Assembly (NCBI GenBank): GCA_020721965.1 | Contig: DYLS01000004.1 | Location: 9,091-73,090, forward strand | Reading direction: 5' to 3' | DNA from: Blastopirellula marina | GTDB taxonomy: Bacteria > Planctomycetota > Planctomycetia > Pirellulales > Thermoguttaceae | DNA length: 64,000 bases | In this document: piece after piece, positions 9,768-20,360 of the stretch | Layout: each line of letters starts with the position of its first letter | Numbering within the stretch: the first letter of the stretch is position 1 | Translations under genes and position numbers: made by a program | The notes under the pieces: generated by a model | The model's input: the letters and a program-made list of their open reading frames with translations, nothing else | Database searches by the model: none | What the model was told of the DNA's origin: nothing

Positions 9768-11132
9768 ATGTGGCGAGCGGAACGTATTGCCTGGTGTTGG
9801 GTAGCCGTGGTCGCTGGATCGGTGGTATCTCTAGCCACCAACTGGTCGCAACCCGCTCTGGCTCAGGTCACCCTGGACACTAACAACAGGGCGGTGGGCG
9901 GCGTGATGATCGACGCCAGCGGAATGGTTCAAAGCGCGTCGCCCGACGTGTTACGCGAGGCCCGCAAGGTCTGGGAGGAAAACCTCACGCGTCCCTCTGA
10001 GGGCCTGGCCCAGGCGACGGCCCGGCGGAGCATCTCGCTGCGGAAGCTCGAATCGGAACTTGCCACGTGCCTCAAGGCCGGACAACCGATTCCAGCCGAG
10101 ATCGCGCTGTTGGGTGGTCTGACGCGAATCGAGTATGTGCTGGTCTATCCGGACCGGAAAGATATCGTGCTGGTCGGACCCGCCGAAGGCTGGCGGTATA
10201 ACGAGCGAGGGGCGGTGGTGGGGAGCGAAACTGGAAGACCGATCCTCCTTCTGGATGACCTGATCACGGCCCTCCGCGCCGCTCTTGCCCCGCAACCATC
10301 GGTAATCAGTTGCTCGATCGACCCGACTCCGGAAGGGGTTCGGGCCGTGAATGCGGTGACGCGTGGCTTTCGAGGGCCTGTCGATCCTACGAGCATCGCC
10401 CGACGCAGCGCCGAGGCAGCCGGACCGCAGCGCGTATCTTTGACGGGGATTCCCGCGGATAGCCATTTCGCCCGCGTCCTCGTCGCCGCCGACTACCGCA
10501 TGAAACGAATCTCAATGGGCGTGGATCCGTCGCCGATCCAGGGTCTGACCAGTTTCGTATCGCTGGTTCAGGGCATGTCGCGGGTTCCCGGCGGCGAGCC
10601 CCGCTGGTGGCTCGCTCCCGACTACGAGCCTCTCCTCAAGGACGAGGCGGGTCTGGCCTGGAAATTGCAAAAGGCCGCCGTCAAGACCATGGTGGAAGCC
10701 GATGTCTATTCCGCGGAAGGGAATCGAGAGAAGACCGTCGAGGCCGCCCCGGTGCACCGCCGCTGGGCCGAAATGATGACAGCCCATTATGACGATCTGG
10801 CCTTAGCGGAACCGGTCTTCGGGCAGGTCCGAAATTGCATGGACCTGGCGGTAGCGGCCGCCCTGATCCGCAATGAAAACCTTTTGGCCAAGGCGGGGCT
10901 CGAATTGCCTACGTTGGTGGGCCATGAGACCCCCACCATGCAGCTTTCTGCCCCCAAGACCGTCCCTCCCGAGGCCGTCTTCGCCCGCGTCGGCCGAAAC
11001 TGGATGTTCGTGACCGGCGGGGTGATGATCAATCCGTGGGAGATCGTCGCCCGTTCTCAAACGGAAGCCTCGCTCTCCACAGCCCGATCCGAAATCCCAT
11101 ATCCGGATGGCGATAGTTGGTGGACCAATTGA
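9768..11132 (+). CDS. DUF1598-type planctomycete exported protein
   Basis: Signal peptide; VGGVMIDASG, LGGLTRIEYVLV, DIVLVGPAEG, ISCSIDPT, FARVLVAADYRMKRISMG, PRWWLAPDY. Family recognised from memory. Confidence 0.75.
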   Translation: MWRAERIAWCWVAVVAGSVVSLATNWSQPALAQVTLDTNNRAVGGVMIDASGMVQSASPDVLREARKVWEENLTRPSEGLAQATARRSISLRKLESELATCLKAGQPIPAEIALLGGLTRIEYVLVYPDRKDIVLVGPAEGWRYNERGAVVGSETGRPILLLDDLITALRAALAPQPSVISCSIDPTPEGVRAVNAVTRGFRGPVDPTSIARRSAEAAGPQRVSLTGIPADSHFARVLVAADYRMKRISMGVDPSPIQGLTSFVSLVQGMSRVPGGEPRWWLAPDYEPLLKDEAGLAWKLQKAAVKTMVEADVYSAEGNREKTVEAAPVHRRWAEMMTAHYDDLALAEPVFGQVRNCMDLAVAAALIRNENLLAKAGLELPTLVGHETPTMQLSAPKTVPPEAVFARVGRNWMFVTGGVMINPWEIVARSQTEASLSTARSEIPYPDGDSWWTN

Positions 11133-11209
11133 GGTCTCCGCAAGCCTCACCCGACATGAGGTCAGGGTGCAAAAGAAACCATCGGACTCCACACAGCATG
11201 CCAAGCGTG

Positions 11210-11238
11210 CCGCCGCCTTTGAGCGGCGGTTTATTTTT
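11210..11238 (+). terminator. Intrinsic terminator after the DUF1598 gene
   Basis: Stem CCGCCGC-ctttga-GCGGCGG followed by TTTATTTTT. Confidence 0.75.
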
Positions 11239-11460
11239 GCCGTCGCAGGACCACTCGCCCGGGAAAAGCCAGGCCCCCTAATCGGCTTATACGGCAACTC
11301 CCCAGAAAATCTATTGGGCCAGTCCCCATCGGAGTTATGGAAAGGCCCCTCTCGATGCTGCCGCCGATGGGCTTAGGTCCCGGACAAGACCGGGCAAACA
11401 CCGCGGGAAGACGGCCGATGAGGCGTGCGACCACGCCCCTTTCCGCGAGTACGAGTCAGT

Positions 11461-11640
11461 ACTGGACTTTTGCAAAGTGCTCAATCCCCCTCCGAGAGAG
11501 GGCTACAAACTAGGGTGCTAGGAAATCCAGGAAAACACGGAAAGCCGTTTTCGTGGGAAACTGTCTTCGCCCCACCATCTCCCCAGGGAAGGTGGGAGCT
11601 TGTGACTTCAAGTTGCAAAAGTCCAGTGCAAAAGTCCAGT
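11461..11640. mobile_element. MITE family B (167 bp, TIR ACTGGACTTTTGCAAA), copy 1, with a 13-bp duplication of the right TIR
   Basis: Left TIR 11461-11476; right TIR 11613-11627 plus repeated GCAAAAGTCCAGT 11628-11640. TCAGTA lies on both sides (11456-11461 and 11640-11645). Colinear with the reverse complement of the copies at 25092 and 44550. Confidence 0.88.
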
Positions 11641-11957
11641 CAGTAGATGCCCAGTGCGTCCCGGGCATCGTCGGACATGCGGTCGGGCGTCCAGGGCGGT
11701 GAAAGCACGACTTCCACGGTCACGTCACCGACTTCCTCGCCCAAGTGACGGAGCACGTCCTTGACGTCGGCCACCATTTGAGGACCAGAGGGGCAGGCTG
11801 GGCTGGTCATCGTCACCTTCACGTGAATGTCGGTCTTCTCATCTCGCGGCGTGACCTGGACCTCGTAGATCAAGCCCAAGTCCACCACGTTGATGAAAAG
11901 CTCGGGATCGGTGACTTGCTTCAGGGCTTCCAAGACCGTCTGCTCACAAATCGCCAC
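11640..11957 (-). CDS. sufT: DUF59/SufT Fe-S cluster maturation protein
   Basis: EALKQVTDPELFINVVDLGLIY, MTSPACPSG, SPPWTPDRMS. Confidence 0.92.
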   Translation of the reverse strand: MAICEQTVLEALKQVTDPELFINVVDLGLIYEVQVTPRDEKTDIHVKVTMTSPACPSGPQMVADVKDVLRHLGEEVGDVTVEVVLSPPWTPDRMSDDARDALGIY

Positions 11958-12065
11958 AATCGCTCCTCCTATGATTGTCTCCTGTGATTGTCTGCTCCTA
12001 CCTGCTCCTCCCCCTATGATAGTCTGCTCCAGCGGTCGGCCGATTAGAGACCAATCCCCGATTCG

Positions 12066-12386
12066 CTACGCATCCTCGTTGAGTCGGATGAACACATCGT
12101 CGCCGCGGACGAGGACCTCGTGAGCCGGGGTTCCCTTGACGGCGGGCATGGTCTTCGCGTGGCCCGTGCGAATGTCGAACTGTGCCCCGTGGCGAGGGCA
12201 AACGATGGTGTAACCCCGCAGATCCCCTTCCGCCAGGGGACCACCGTCGTGCGTGCAGATATCGTCGATCGCCCAAAATGTTCCCGACACATGAAACAGG
12301 GCGATCGATCGCCCGTCGACTTCATATACGGCCTTGCCGGGGTCCGGGAGATCGGACACCTTGCAAACGAAAACCGGTTCCGCCAT
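12066..12386 (-). CDS. Rieske [2Fe-2S] ferredoxin
   Basis: DICTHDGGPL...CPRHGAQFD (CxH...CxxH). Confidence 0.95.
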   Translation of the reverse strand: MAEPVFVCKVSDLPDPGKAVYEVDGRSIALFHVSGTFWAIDDICTHDGGPLAEGDLRGYTIVCPRHGAQFDIRTGHAKTMPAVKGTPAHEVLVRGDDVFIRLNEDA

Positions 12387-12520
12387 GAATTCAGTCCCTC
12401 AAATGTTCGTCACTGTGCCAACATCTCACCATCGCTATCACCGCAGACTTCTACGTCGGAAAAGAATGCAATGCCCAGACGCCCTCGCAGCTCGCAGTAA
12501 CTCCAACCAGCGTGGCAGCC

Positions 12521-13852
12521 TCAGCGGTACTCGCGGACCTTGCGGCCGATCACCTCCGCCAGGGCCTCGCGGGCACTGTCGATCGTAATCCGGTCGAAGA
12601 CCTGTTGGAAGAAACCGGTGACGATCATGCGAGCGGCCTCCCGCTTCGTTAAACCTCGAGTTTGCGCGTAGAAGATTTCCTCGTCGTCCACCCTACCCGC
12701 CGTCGCCCCGTGCGTGCAACGGACGTCATCGGCCAAGATCTCCAGACCGGGAATGCAATCGGTGCGGGCACGGTCGCTGAGGATCAAGTTGTCGTTCCGC
12801 TGATAGCCGTCGGTCTTGATGGCACCCTCATCGACGCGAATCATGCCCCGCCAAACCAGGTGAGACCGATCCTGCAAGGCACCCTTGTACAGCAGATCGC
12901 TGCGGGTGAACGGCTTTTTGTGATGCTGCAAGGTATGATAGGCGAGGTGCCGGCGGTTTTCTGTGAACATCACCCCGTTGACGACCGCTTCGGCCTGTTC
13001 ACCATCCAGGATCAGATGCTGGTTGACCTTGGCCAACATGCCGCCTAACGCCCCTAACGTCCACTCCAGGTAGGCGCCCTGTTGCAGCACGGCCTTTTGA
13101 TGGGCGAAATGCCACACGGCGTCGTTCCAGTTTTGCAAATTGACAAAACGGAGCCGCGCGCCGGGTTTAAGGATCAGTTCGATCCCCCCGCAGTAAAGGC
13201 CCGTCCCCCCCGATTCGACACTCGCCGTCTCCGATACCAACGTGGCCTCCGCCCCCTCGTCGAGCACGACCAGCAAATGGCCCAAATCGGCTTGCCCTGA
13301 ACCCAACGCGGACAGGAGGAACAACGGCTCATCGACCCTGACGCCGCGGGGGATGTAACAGAAGGCGCCGCCCGTCCAAAAGGCCGTATGGAGCGCCGCA
13401 AAGCGATCGTAATTCCAGTCCAAAATGGAAAATAACGAATCGCGAACCAAGTCCGCCTGCGGGCCGAGGGCGGAATCCTCCAGGCAATCGAAGACCACGC
13501 CGCGATCCACCCATTTTTCGGACAGCGACCCGGCCACCTTGCGGCCGTCAAGCGTCAACAGCCTCCCCCCCGGGGACAGAAGCGGTTCCAGAACGGATGG
13601 CACCTGGGGCACAGTCTCGGGCCGGGGGGCCAGCGGCGCAAAGCCTTGCAGACGGAGCATTCGCAGGGGTGTCCGCCGCCACTCCTCCATCTGCGAGTTC
13701 GGCAGTGGCAGGCTTTCGCAGGCATCCATGGCCCGGCGCCGCAGTGCCAGCAACCACGATGGCTGCTTTCGCGACGCGATGTGCTCCTCGAACTGCTCGC
13801 GAGTAAACCCTTGGTCGGAAACCGCGGAAGTAGCGGAACTAGTCGAATTCAT
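12521..13852 (-). CDS. sufD: Fe-S cluster assembly protein SufD
   Basis: EEWRRT, GGAFCYIP, SDLLYKGAL, GYQRNDNLILS, PGLEILADDVRCTHGATAG, FYAQTRG. Confidence 0.95.
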   Translation of the reverse strand: MNSTSSATSAVSDQGFTREQFEEHIASRKQPSWLLALRRRAMDACESLPLPNSQMEEWRRTPLRMLRLQGFAPLAPRPETVPQVPSVLEPLLSPGGRLLTLDGRKVAGSLSEKWVDRGVVFDCLEDSALGPQADLVRDSLFSILDWNYDRFAALHTAFWTGGAFCYIPRGVRVDEPLFLLSALGSGQADLGHLLVVLDEGAEATLVSETASVESGGTGLYCGGIELILKPGARLRFVNLQNWNDAVWHFAHQKAVLQQGAYLEWTLGALGGMLAKVNQHLILDGEQAEAVVNGVMFTENRRHLAYHTLQHHKKPFTRSDLLYKGALQDRSHLVWRGMIRVDEGAIKTDGYQRNDNLILSDRARTDCIPGLEILADDVRCTHGATAGRVDDEEIFYAQTRGLTKREAARMIVTGFFQQVFDRITIDSAREALAEVIGRKVREYR

Positions 13853-14001
13853 GGTTTGGATTTCTCAGAATGCCACTCGCAACATCGATCGCCACCAAGG
13901 CTGATTTGCATCCCGACTCGGTTGGGATTCGGCTATACCGGCCCCCGCCAATCCGCGCCAACCGGAGGGGCACTGTGAGGGAAGCACCCGCCGCGGCTCG
14001 T

Positions 14002-15402
14002 TCAGCCGACACTCCCCTCCATTTGCAACGAAATCAGCCGGTTCATCTCGACGGCGTACTCCATGGGCAACTCCTTGACCAGCGGCTCGATGAAGCCGGC
14101 CACAATCATCGTGCTCGCCTCGGCCTCGGTCAACCCTCGGCTACACAGATAGAAGAGCTGCTCCTCTCCAATCTTGGAGACGCTGGCCTCGTGACCGATC
14201 ATCACGTCCTGCTCTTCTAGTTCAATGTAGGGGTAGGTGTCGCTGCGGCTCTGCGGGTCGAGGATCAAGGCGTCGCACACGACGTTGGCCTTGGACTTTC
14301 TGGCACCTCGCTCCATTTTGACCAGGCCGCGGTAACTGGAGCGTCCGCCGCCCTTGGAGATCGACTTGGAAACGACGCGGCTGGAGGTGTGGGGTGCGCA
14401 ATGCACCACCTTGGACCCTGCGTCCTGGTGCTGACCGTGATTGGCGAAGGCCACCGACAGGATTTCGGCCCTGGCCCCCGGCTCCAGCAGATACACGGCG
14501 GGATACTTCATCGTGAGGCGGCTGCCGAGGTTGCCGTCCACCCATTCCACTAGGGCGTCGCGGTAGGCCGTCGCCCGTTTGGTCACCAGATTGTAGATGT
14601 TGTTCGCCCAGTTCTGGATCGTGCTGTAGCGCACCCTGGCACCCCCTTTGGCGATCACCTCTACCACCGCCGCGTGAAGGCTCTCGCTGCTGTAGGTGGG
14701 AGCCGTGCAACCCTCCACATAATGGCACGAGGCCCCCTCATCCACGATGATCAGCGTCCGTTCAAACTGGCCCATCTGGGCAGCGTTGATACGGAAATAG
14801 GCCTGAAGCGGGAATTCGATATGCACCCCCGGCGGTACATAGATGAACGACCCTCCGGACCAGACCGCTGAATTCAGGGCCGCAAACTTGTTGTCCGTAG
14901 GAAGAATCACTGTGGCGAAATACTCGCGGACCAGGTCCGGATAATCGCGTACCGCCGAATCCATGTCCGTAAAAATCACGCCCAGCTTGGCAAGGTCCTC
15001 ACGCAGGGAGCCGTACACCACTTCGCTTTCGTACTGGGCCTTGACCCCGGCCAGGAATTTGCGTTCCGCCTCGGGAATCCCCAGGCGTTCGAACGTGTTC
15101 TTGATATCCTCGGGGACCTCGTCCCAAGAGCGTCCCTGCCGATCCGTGGGCTTGATGTAGTAATAAATGTCCTGGAAATCGACATCGATCTTGCCACCCC
15201 AGGTCGGCAAGGGCTTGGATTCAAAGATTTGCAGGGCGTTCAATCGGAATTCCCGCATCCAAGCCGGCTCGCCCTTCATCTCCGAAATTTCAGCGACGAT
15301 CTCCGCGTTGAGGCCCTTCTTCGCCTTGAACACATAATGCTCTTCACTGTGGAAATCGTACTTGTTGATGTCGCCCAAAATCTCGCGTGTTTCGAGGGCC
15401 AT
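14002..15402 (-). CDS. sufB: Fe-S cluster assembly protein SufB
   Basis: [66 protein letters not shown]. Confidence 0.98.
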   Translation of the reverse strand: MALETREILGDINKYDFHSEEHYVFKAKKGLNAEIVAEISEMKGEPAWMREFRLNALQIFESKPLPTWGGKIDVDFQDIYYYIKPTDRQGRSWDEVPEDIKNTFERLGIPEAERKFLAGVKAQYESEVVYGSLREDLAKLGVIFTDMDSAVRDYPDLVREYFATVILPTDNKFAALNSAVWSGGSFIYVPPGVHIEFPLQAYFRINAAQMGQFERTLIIVDEGASCHYVEGCTAPTYSSESLHAAVVEVIAKGGARVRYSTIQNWANNIYNLVTKRATAYRDALVEWVDGNLGSRLTMKYPAVYLLEPGARAEILSVAFANHGQHQDAGSKVVHCAPHTSSRVVSKSISKGGGRSSYRGLVKMERGARKSKANVVCDALILDPQSRSDTYPYIELEEQDVMIGHEASVSKIGEEQLFYLCSRGLTEAEASTMIVAGFIEPLVKELPMEYAVEMNRLISLQMEGSVG

Positions 15403-15624
15403 GGACGCCTTCCTTTCTTCGAGAAAATAACCTGCGGCTCACCCGCCGCACTGTCGCCATCTCATTCCAGAGATTGCGCTTTGATGGCATTTTCGGGAGT
15501 CGCCCATCCTTCCCGACAATCGCCGAAGGATGGGGATGGATTGCCGCCTACCCATTCCGTTCGCATGTTCGCTACCGTCCTCCCGGCATCCCGCCGTTCG
15601 CCGCTGCGATCGATTCCCGCCCGG

Positions 15625-16440
15625 CTAACGTGTCCGCTCGGCCAGCATGGAGGCCTCTTCCGCGGCGGCCTCGGGATACTTCCGGCGGATTTCCTCATAG
15701 CCCGATGAATGTAGGAACTCGGCCAGCTCGCGTCCGCCGGTCTCCACGATGCGACCGCCCAGCATCACGTGCGTGAAATCGGGGGGGTTATGCTCCAGCA
15801 ATCGCTCGTGGTGCGTAATGATCAAGAGTCCCATCTCGTGGCCGCCAATTTCAGCGATGCTTTGACTTGCCAGCCGAACGGCGTCCACATCCAGGCCGCT
15901 GTCTGTTTCGTCCAGGATGGCAAACCGCGGCCGAAGCATCGCCATCTGAAGAATCTCCGCACGCTTCATCTCGCCGCCCGAAAAACCTTCGTTGACATAG
16001 CGCCGGGCAAACTCCGGGTCCATCCGCAATTGGTCCATCTTTTCGCGAAGCTCCTTACGGAACTCCCGCATGGAAACCAACTCATCTCCCTCTTTTCGCT
16101 GGGGATTTCGGACGTCACTGACCGCATGACGGAGAAAATCCGCCAAGCGAACCCCGGAGATGGCCACCGGCCGCTGAAAGGCGATGAACACACCCATCCT
16201 GGCCCGCTCGTGCGGCTCCAGTTCGACCAGATTGACGCCGTCCAATTCGATGCGGCCTTGCGTGACTTGGTAGCGGGGATGCCCCATGATGGCCAGCCCC
16301 AGCGTCGTCTTGCCCGAGCCGTTCGGCCCCATCAGGGCGTGGATCTCGCCGCGACGAACCTCGAGGTTTACCCCCTTGAGGATCAGCTTGCCATCCACGG
16401 ATACATGCAAATCAACGATGGAAAGTACGTCGCGCATCAT
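15625..16440 (-). CDS. sufC: Fe-S cluster assembly ATPase SufC
   Basis: [52 protein letters not shown]. Confidence 0.97.
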   Translation of the reverse strand: MMRDVLSIVDLHVSVDGKLILKGVNLEVRRGEIHALMGPNGSGKTTLGLAIMGHPRYQVTQGRIELDGVNLVELEPHERARMGVFIAFQRPVAISGVRLADFLRHAVSDVRNPQRKEGDELVSMREFRKELREKMDQLRMDPEFARRYVNEGFSGGEMKRAEILQMAMLRPRFAILDETDSGLDVDAVRLASQSIAEIGGHEMGLLIITHHERLLEHNPPDFTHVMLGGRIVETGGRELAEFLHSSGYEEIRRKYPEAAAEEASMLAERTR

Positions 16441-17045
16441 TTGCTCTTCACTCTCTGATGATGAAACACGAGATCAACGTCTTGAAGCGGAACGAATCCC
16501 GAATGCTGGGGCAAGGGCAACCGCGAATCGTCCGATTCTCCCGCTGAACCAGTGCCCCGCCGCGTGATGCGGCGATTCTGGATCATCTCTTGCAACCGCA
16601 TCAACCCTTCCAGCAAGGACTCGGGTCGCGGGGGGCATCCCGGCACGTAAACGTCCACCGGGACGACCAGGTCCACACCCTTGACCACGTGGTACCCATA
16701 CTCGAAATAGGGTCCGCCGCCCAAGGTGCAGGCCCCCATCGCAATCACGTATTTGGGGTCCGGCATCATCTCGTAAAGGCGTCGGACGCGGCTGGCCATT
16801 TTGAACGTCACTGTGCCCGCCACGATCATCAAGTCGGATTGCCGCGGCGTGGCCCGAAAGGCCCCTGCTCCGAACCGATCGATATCGTAGCGACTGGCCC
16901 CGGTGGCCATCATTTCAATGGCGCAACAGGCCAGGCCAAACGTCATGGGCCACAGACTCCCTTGCTTGGCCCAATTGATGGCCTGCTCCAGGCTCGTAAT
17001 CGCCAGGCCGTCTTCAAACCTTCCCTCGATCCACGGTTGTGCCAT
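16437..17045 (-). CDS. nuoB: NADH-quinone oxidoreductase subunit B (orphan, inside the suf cluster)
   Basis: [54 protein letters not shown]. Its TGA overlaps the sufC ATG (ATGA, 16437-16440). Confidence 0.95.
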   Translation of the reverse strand: MAQPWIEGRFEDGLAITSLEQAINWAKQGSLWPMTFGLACCAIEMMATGASRYDIDRFGAGAFRATPRQSDLMIVAGTVTFKMASRVRRLYEMMPDPKYVIAMGACTLGGGPYFEYGYHVVKGVDLVVPVDVYVPGCPPRPESLLEGLMRLQEMIQNRRITRRGTGSAGESDDSRLPLPQHSGFVPLQDVDLVFHHQRVKSK

Positions 17046-17127
17046 GCGTTGATGACCCCCTGTACAGCGATTTTGAGGCTGCCACGGTCAGGCACTGATT
17101 CCCCGCGTGAACCTCGCTTGAAAAAAC

Positions 17128-17175
17128 ATACTGACATCCCGTAGATCAGTATAAATCAAGCGTTCGTTGCCTCAA
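17128..17175 (-). promoter_or_regulatory. Sigma70-like promoter for nuoB-sufCBD overlapped by a palindromic operator
   Basis: Minus strand TTGAGG (17175-17170)-N16-TATACT (17153-17148); inverted repeat ATACTGA-N11-TCAGTAT at 17128-17152. Confidence 0.55.
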
Positions 17176-17917
17176 ACCGGCAGCACTCTCCGCCGTCCAG
17201 GCGGCACTCCGTGAGCTGCATTTCGGTGCCCAGCAACTCGGAGAGGTAAGCTGCCTCGACGCGGCAGACGCCCCGGTCGCCGTCGGCCAGTTCAGGATAG
17301 GGACAGGCCCGCGCCACCAGCATGGGAAGCCCCTCAGGCTCGGCTCGACTTGCCTGATGGGCCTTCCCACCCGGCACCGCAACCGCTGTAAGCAGGTCCA
17401 CATCCTCGGACGAGTCGGGCACGCTGAGCATGGCCCCGCGTGCGCCCCCCGGTCCGTTCGCCGCGGCCATTCCTCCTACGCGCATCTCAAACGGGATGCG
17501 GCGTGCCTCCAGCACCCGAATCAATGATCGCATCCTATCCCCCGTGGTGCCTCCGGAAATCTGCCCTTGATAAAGCCGGGCCAGCTCTCTCGCCACGCTC
17601 CGCAAGACCTGCTCTTTCACGGTCGGGTTCTCGATCCGTTGAATCCCATGCCACAAGGCAACAGCCAGATCGGTAAAATTGGAGCCGACCTGAAGCATTC
17701 CTTTCCGAGTAAGTTTATAAACATGCCGAGGGCGTCCGCGTCCTCTGCGAAGCGATTCCCGTTCCACCGCCCCATCGGCAAGCAACCTAGCGAGCCGCTG
17801 CCGGACTGCTGTGTCCGTCACCCGAAATTCCCTCGCCAAGTCCGAGACCGTGCACGACCCAGAGACCCGCAATAATTCGAGGATGTCCAGATCGGATTCG
17901 CCGAAGTTCCAGCTCAT
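17156..17917 (-). CDS. sufR: SufR-like Fe-S-sensing transcriptional regulator (wHTH + Cys-rich C-terminus)
   Basis: N-terminal HTH (TVSDLAREFRVTDTAVRQRLARL...GRGRPRHVYKLT); C-terminal ACPYPELA...VC..E...EC...G.CC.F; position at the head of the suf cluster. Confidence 0.8.
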   Translation of the reverse strand: MSWNFGESDLDILELLRVSGSCTVSDLAREFRVTDTAVRQRLARLLADGAVERESLRRGRGRPRHVYKLTRKGMLQVGSNFTDLAVALWHGIQRIENPTVKEQVLRSVARELARLYQGQISGGTTGDRMRSLIRVLEARRIPFEMRVGGMAAANGPGGARGAMLSVPDSSEDVDLLTAVAVPGGKAHQASRAEPEGLPMLVARACPYPELADGDRGVCRVEAAYLSELLGTEMQLTECRLDGGECCRFEATNA

Positions 17918-18086
17918 GACCTGTCCCCCCCAAATCGCCAATCTTGGGCCATTTAACCCTTCGATTCCCAAAACCTATGCTCAAGCCCCTCGGATTTGCG
18001 ATCAGGAAACGTGACGTGGCATTCCCACGCTGGGTCGCGGTAGCCCTGTTGAATCGGGCGACCGGGAGTGTTTGACGCCCATTACT

Positions 18087-18115
18087 ATTCTACGCATTAA
18101 ACGCAATTAAGACAA
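18087..18115 (-). promoter_or_regulatory. Sigma70 promoter upstream of sufR
   Basis: Minus strand TTGTCT-N17-TAGAAT. Confidence 0.6.
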
Positions 18116-18337
18116 CGAGAAATTGGCTAAAATATCGAAACGCGCCTCGATGGGGAGTTGTCCGGGTTTTCGACTTGAGCCCAGCATATTCGACAAGTTA
18201 TCCTGGTGGTTCTACACCGCCGCGCGCCTTCGCATGCCTGGCGTACCGAAGGTGCCTTGCGGCTCGGCCTCGATGCGGCCACGTTGCCCGGAGGGGTCGG
18301 CCGCCTGGCGGTATCCATGAGGGCTAACCCAAACGGC

Positions 18338-18690
18338 AAAACCGTTCACGGTTGAGCTATAACGGAAAAGATTGGTGAAACAACGAGGGTCGTTCAGATG
18401 TTCCAGAGCGTTGTTGAGAGGTTCCTTCCGTCCGGAAGGGTCTGGCGTTGTGGTGAGCGATAGCAGCGCCATTGCGTAGCGGCGCTCTCATTGCGACGAG
18501 CGATAGCAAAGTCACTTAGCGACGAGGATATCATTTCGACAATCGCTAGCGAGGAGAAATCTTCACCCCTGTCGAGAAGATTTCCCGCTTCGAAAGATTT
18601 CCCGCTTCGCTCGAAATGACAAAGCGGCAAGCCACTTGCGTCTCGGCGAGCGGTTTTGTAGGGACGAGAGCCCCTGTGAACGACACCCCC
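18338..18690. mobile_element. MITE family A, long subtype; right TIR lost; carries a GTCAT/ATGAC hairpin
   Basis: Begins AACCGTTCACGGTTGAGCTATAACGGAAAAGATTGGTGAAACAACGAGGGT, matching the reverse complement of 35871-35820. Hairpin at 18530-18621. The subterminal CCTGTGAACGAC (about 18673-18684) is present but no terminal CGTGAACGGTTAC follows. Confidence 0.75.
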
Positions 18691-18743
18691 AAATCAAGGC
18701 CACACGCAACAGCGCGGAACAATAGGCACGGAACCACACACCC

Positions 18744-20360
18744 ATGCAGGAATTGCGAGCGCGCGTTAACTGGACGAGCAGAGTTGGCGTGATTTTAGCT
18801 GTGACCGGCAGCGCCGTGGGACTGGGCAACTTCTTGCGGTTTCCCGGCCTGGCGGCCAAATATGGCGGCGGCGCCTTCATGATCGCCTATGTCTGCGCCT
18901 TTCTATTCCTCGGCTTGCCGATCGCCTTCGCCGAATGGTCCATGGGCCGCTACGGTGGACGACACGGCTTCAATTCCTCGCCGGGCATCTACCGCCTGAT
19001 CTGGAAGAATCGCATCGCCCCCTACTTCGGTATCCTGGCCATGATTGTGCCGATCTGCATCTACATGTATTACGTGTACATCGAGGCATGGTGCTTGGCC
19101 TACGCCACGCGGTATCTGTTCCACGCCATGAATTTTGGTCCGGATTCCAGATGTTACGAGCGATTCTTCGCGGAATTCGTGGGACTCAACAAACACGGCG
19201 AGGCGATGCATACGCCTGGGGAGGGCCTCTTGGGATCTGCCGTGTTCTTTGTGTTGATGTGCTTCGTGTTCAACTTCGCGCTCATCTACCGTGGACTGAA
19301 CAAGGGTATCGAGTGGTTCTGCCGCTGGGCCATGCCGGCTTTGATCCTTTGCGCCCTTCTCGTCTTGATTCGCGTGCTGACGCTCGGCACACCGGACCCA
19401 TCCAAACCGGATCAGAATATTCTCAATGGTCTCGGCTACATGTGGAATCCCGTCAAACCTGGGAGCACCTTTTGGCAAGAGCTGGCGAACGCCGAGATGT
19501 GGATGGCGGCTGCGGGCCAGATATTCTTTTCCCTATCGGTCGGTTTCGGTATCGTCATCACCTACGCCAGCTACGTAAAAAAGGACGATGACATCGCGCT
19601 TTCCAGTCTGACCGCCTGCGCCGGCAATGAGTTCTGCGAGGTGGCCCTGGGCGGTTTGATCACCGTCCCCGCCGCTTTCGTCTTTCTGGGACCGCAAGTG
19701 GTCCAGAATCCGCCCGGCACCTTCGGGCTAGGCTTTATGGCCCTGCCCATGGTCTTTGGTCAAATGCCGCTGGGCGATTTTGTGGGGTTTTTGTTCTTTT
19801 TCCTCCTGTTCCTGGCGGCGATCACCAGTTCGCTTTCCATGCTGCAACCGGGCGTCGCCTTTCTGGAGGAGGGGCTGGGGCTGAATCGCAGGGCCTCGGT
19901 CTCGCTGCTTGGATTCATCACGGCTCTAGGCTCGACGGGCGTGGTCTATTTCTCCAAGGATTTGATCGCCCTGGACACGCTCGATTTTTGGGTGGGGACC
20001 TTCTGCCTCTACGCCCTGGCCGCCTTTCAGACCGTGCTATTCGGCTGGGTACTGGGAGCAAAACGGGGAATGGCGGAGTTGCGACGCGGCGCGGAGATTC
20101 ACCTCCCTGAGTTCTTCCGGTACGTCCTCCAGTATGTCACGCCGGTCTATCTTTTGGTGGTATTCGGCTTCTGGCTGACGCAGAATTTGATCGCCGGGGA
20201 AGGCGGCAGCAATCGGCTGCAACAGCTCGTCCAAGACCCGGTCGTGGCAACCGTGATGATTTTCGTGCTCGGCGTGGCCGTCCTCTTTGGATTGTTCATC
20301 GGCCAAGCCGTGCGGAATTGGCGACGAGCGGAAGCCGCGAGCGAGGAGGTGATGATATGA
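18744..20360 (+). CDS. Sodium-dependent transporter, neurotransmitter:sodium symporter (NSS/SNF) family
   Basis: GSAVGLGNFLRFP, GGGAFMIAY, GIEWFCRWAMP, AAAGQIFFSLSVG, ITYASY, AAITSSLSM. Confidence 0.95.
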   Translation: MQELRARVNWTSRVGVILAVTGSAVGLGNFLRFPGLAAKYGGGAFMIAYVCAFLFLGLPIAFAEWSMGRYGGRHGFNSSPGIYRLIWKNRIAPYFGILAMIVPICIYMYYVYIEAWCLAYATRYLFHAMNFGPDSRCYERFFAEFVGLNKHGEAMHTPGEGLLGSAVFFVLMCFVFNFALIYRGLNKGIEWFCRWAMPALILCALLVLIRVLTLGTPDPSKPDQNILNGLGYMWNPVKPGSTFWQELANAEMWMAAAGQIFFSLSVGFGIVITYASYVKKDDDIALSSLTACAGNEFCEVALGGLITVPAAFVFLGPQVVQNPPGTFGLGFMALPMVFGQMPLGDFVGFLFFFLLFLAAITSSLSMLQPGVAFLEEGLGLNRRASVSLLGFITALGSTGVVYFSKDLIALDTLDFWVGTFCLYALAAFQTVLFGWVLGAKRGMAELRRGAEIHLPEFFRYVLQYVTPVYLLVVFGFWLTQNLIAGEGGSNRLQQLVQDPVVATVMIFVLGVAVLFGLFIGQAVRNWRRAEAASEEVMI

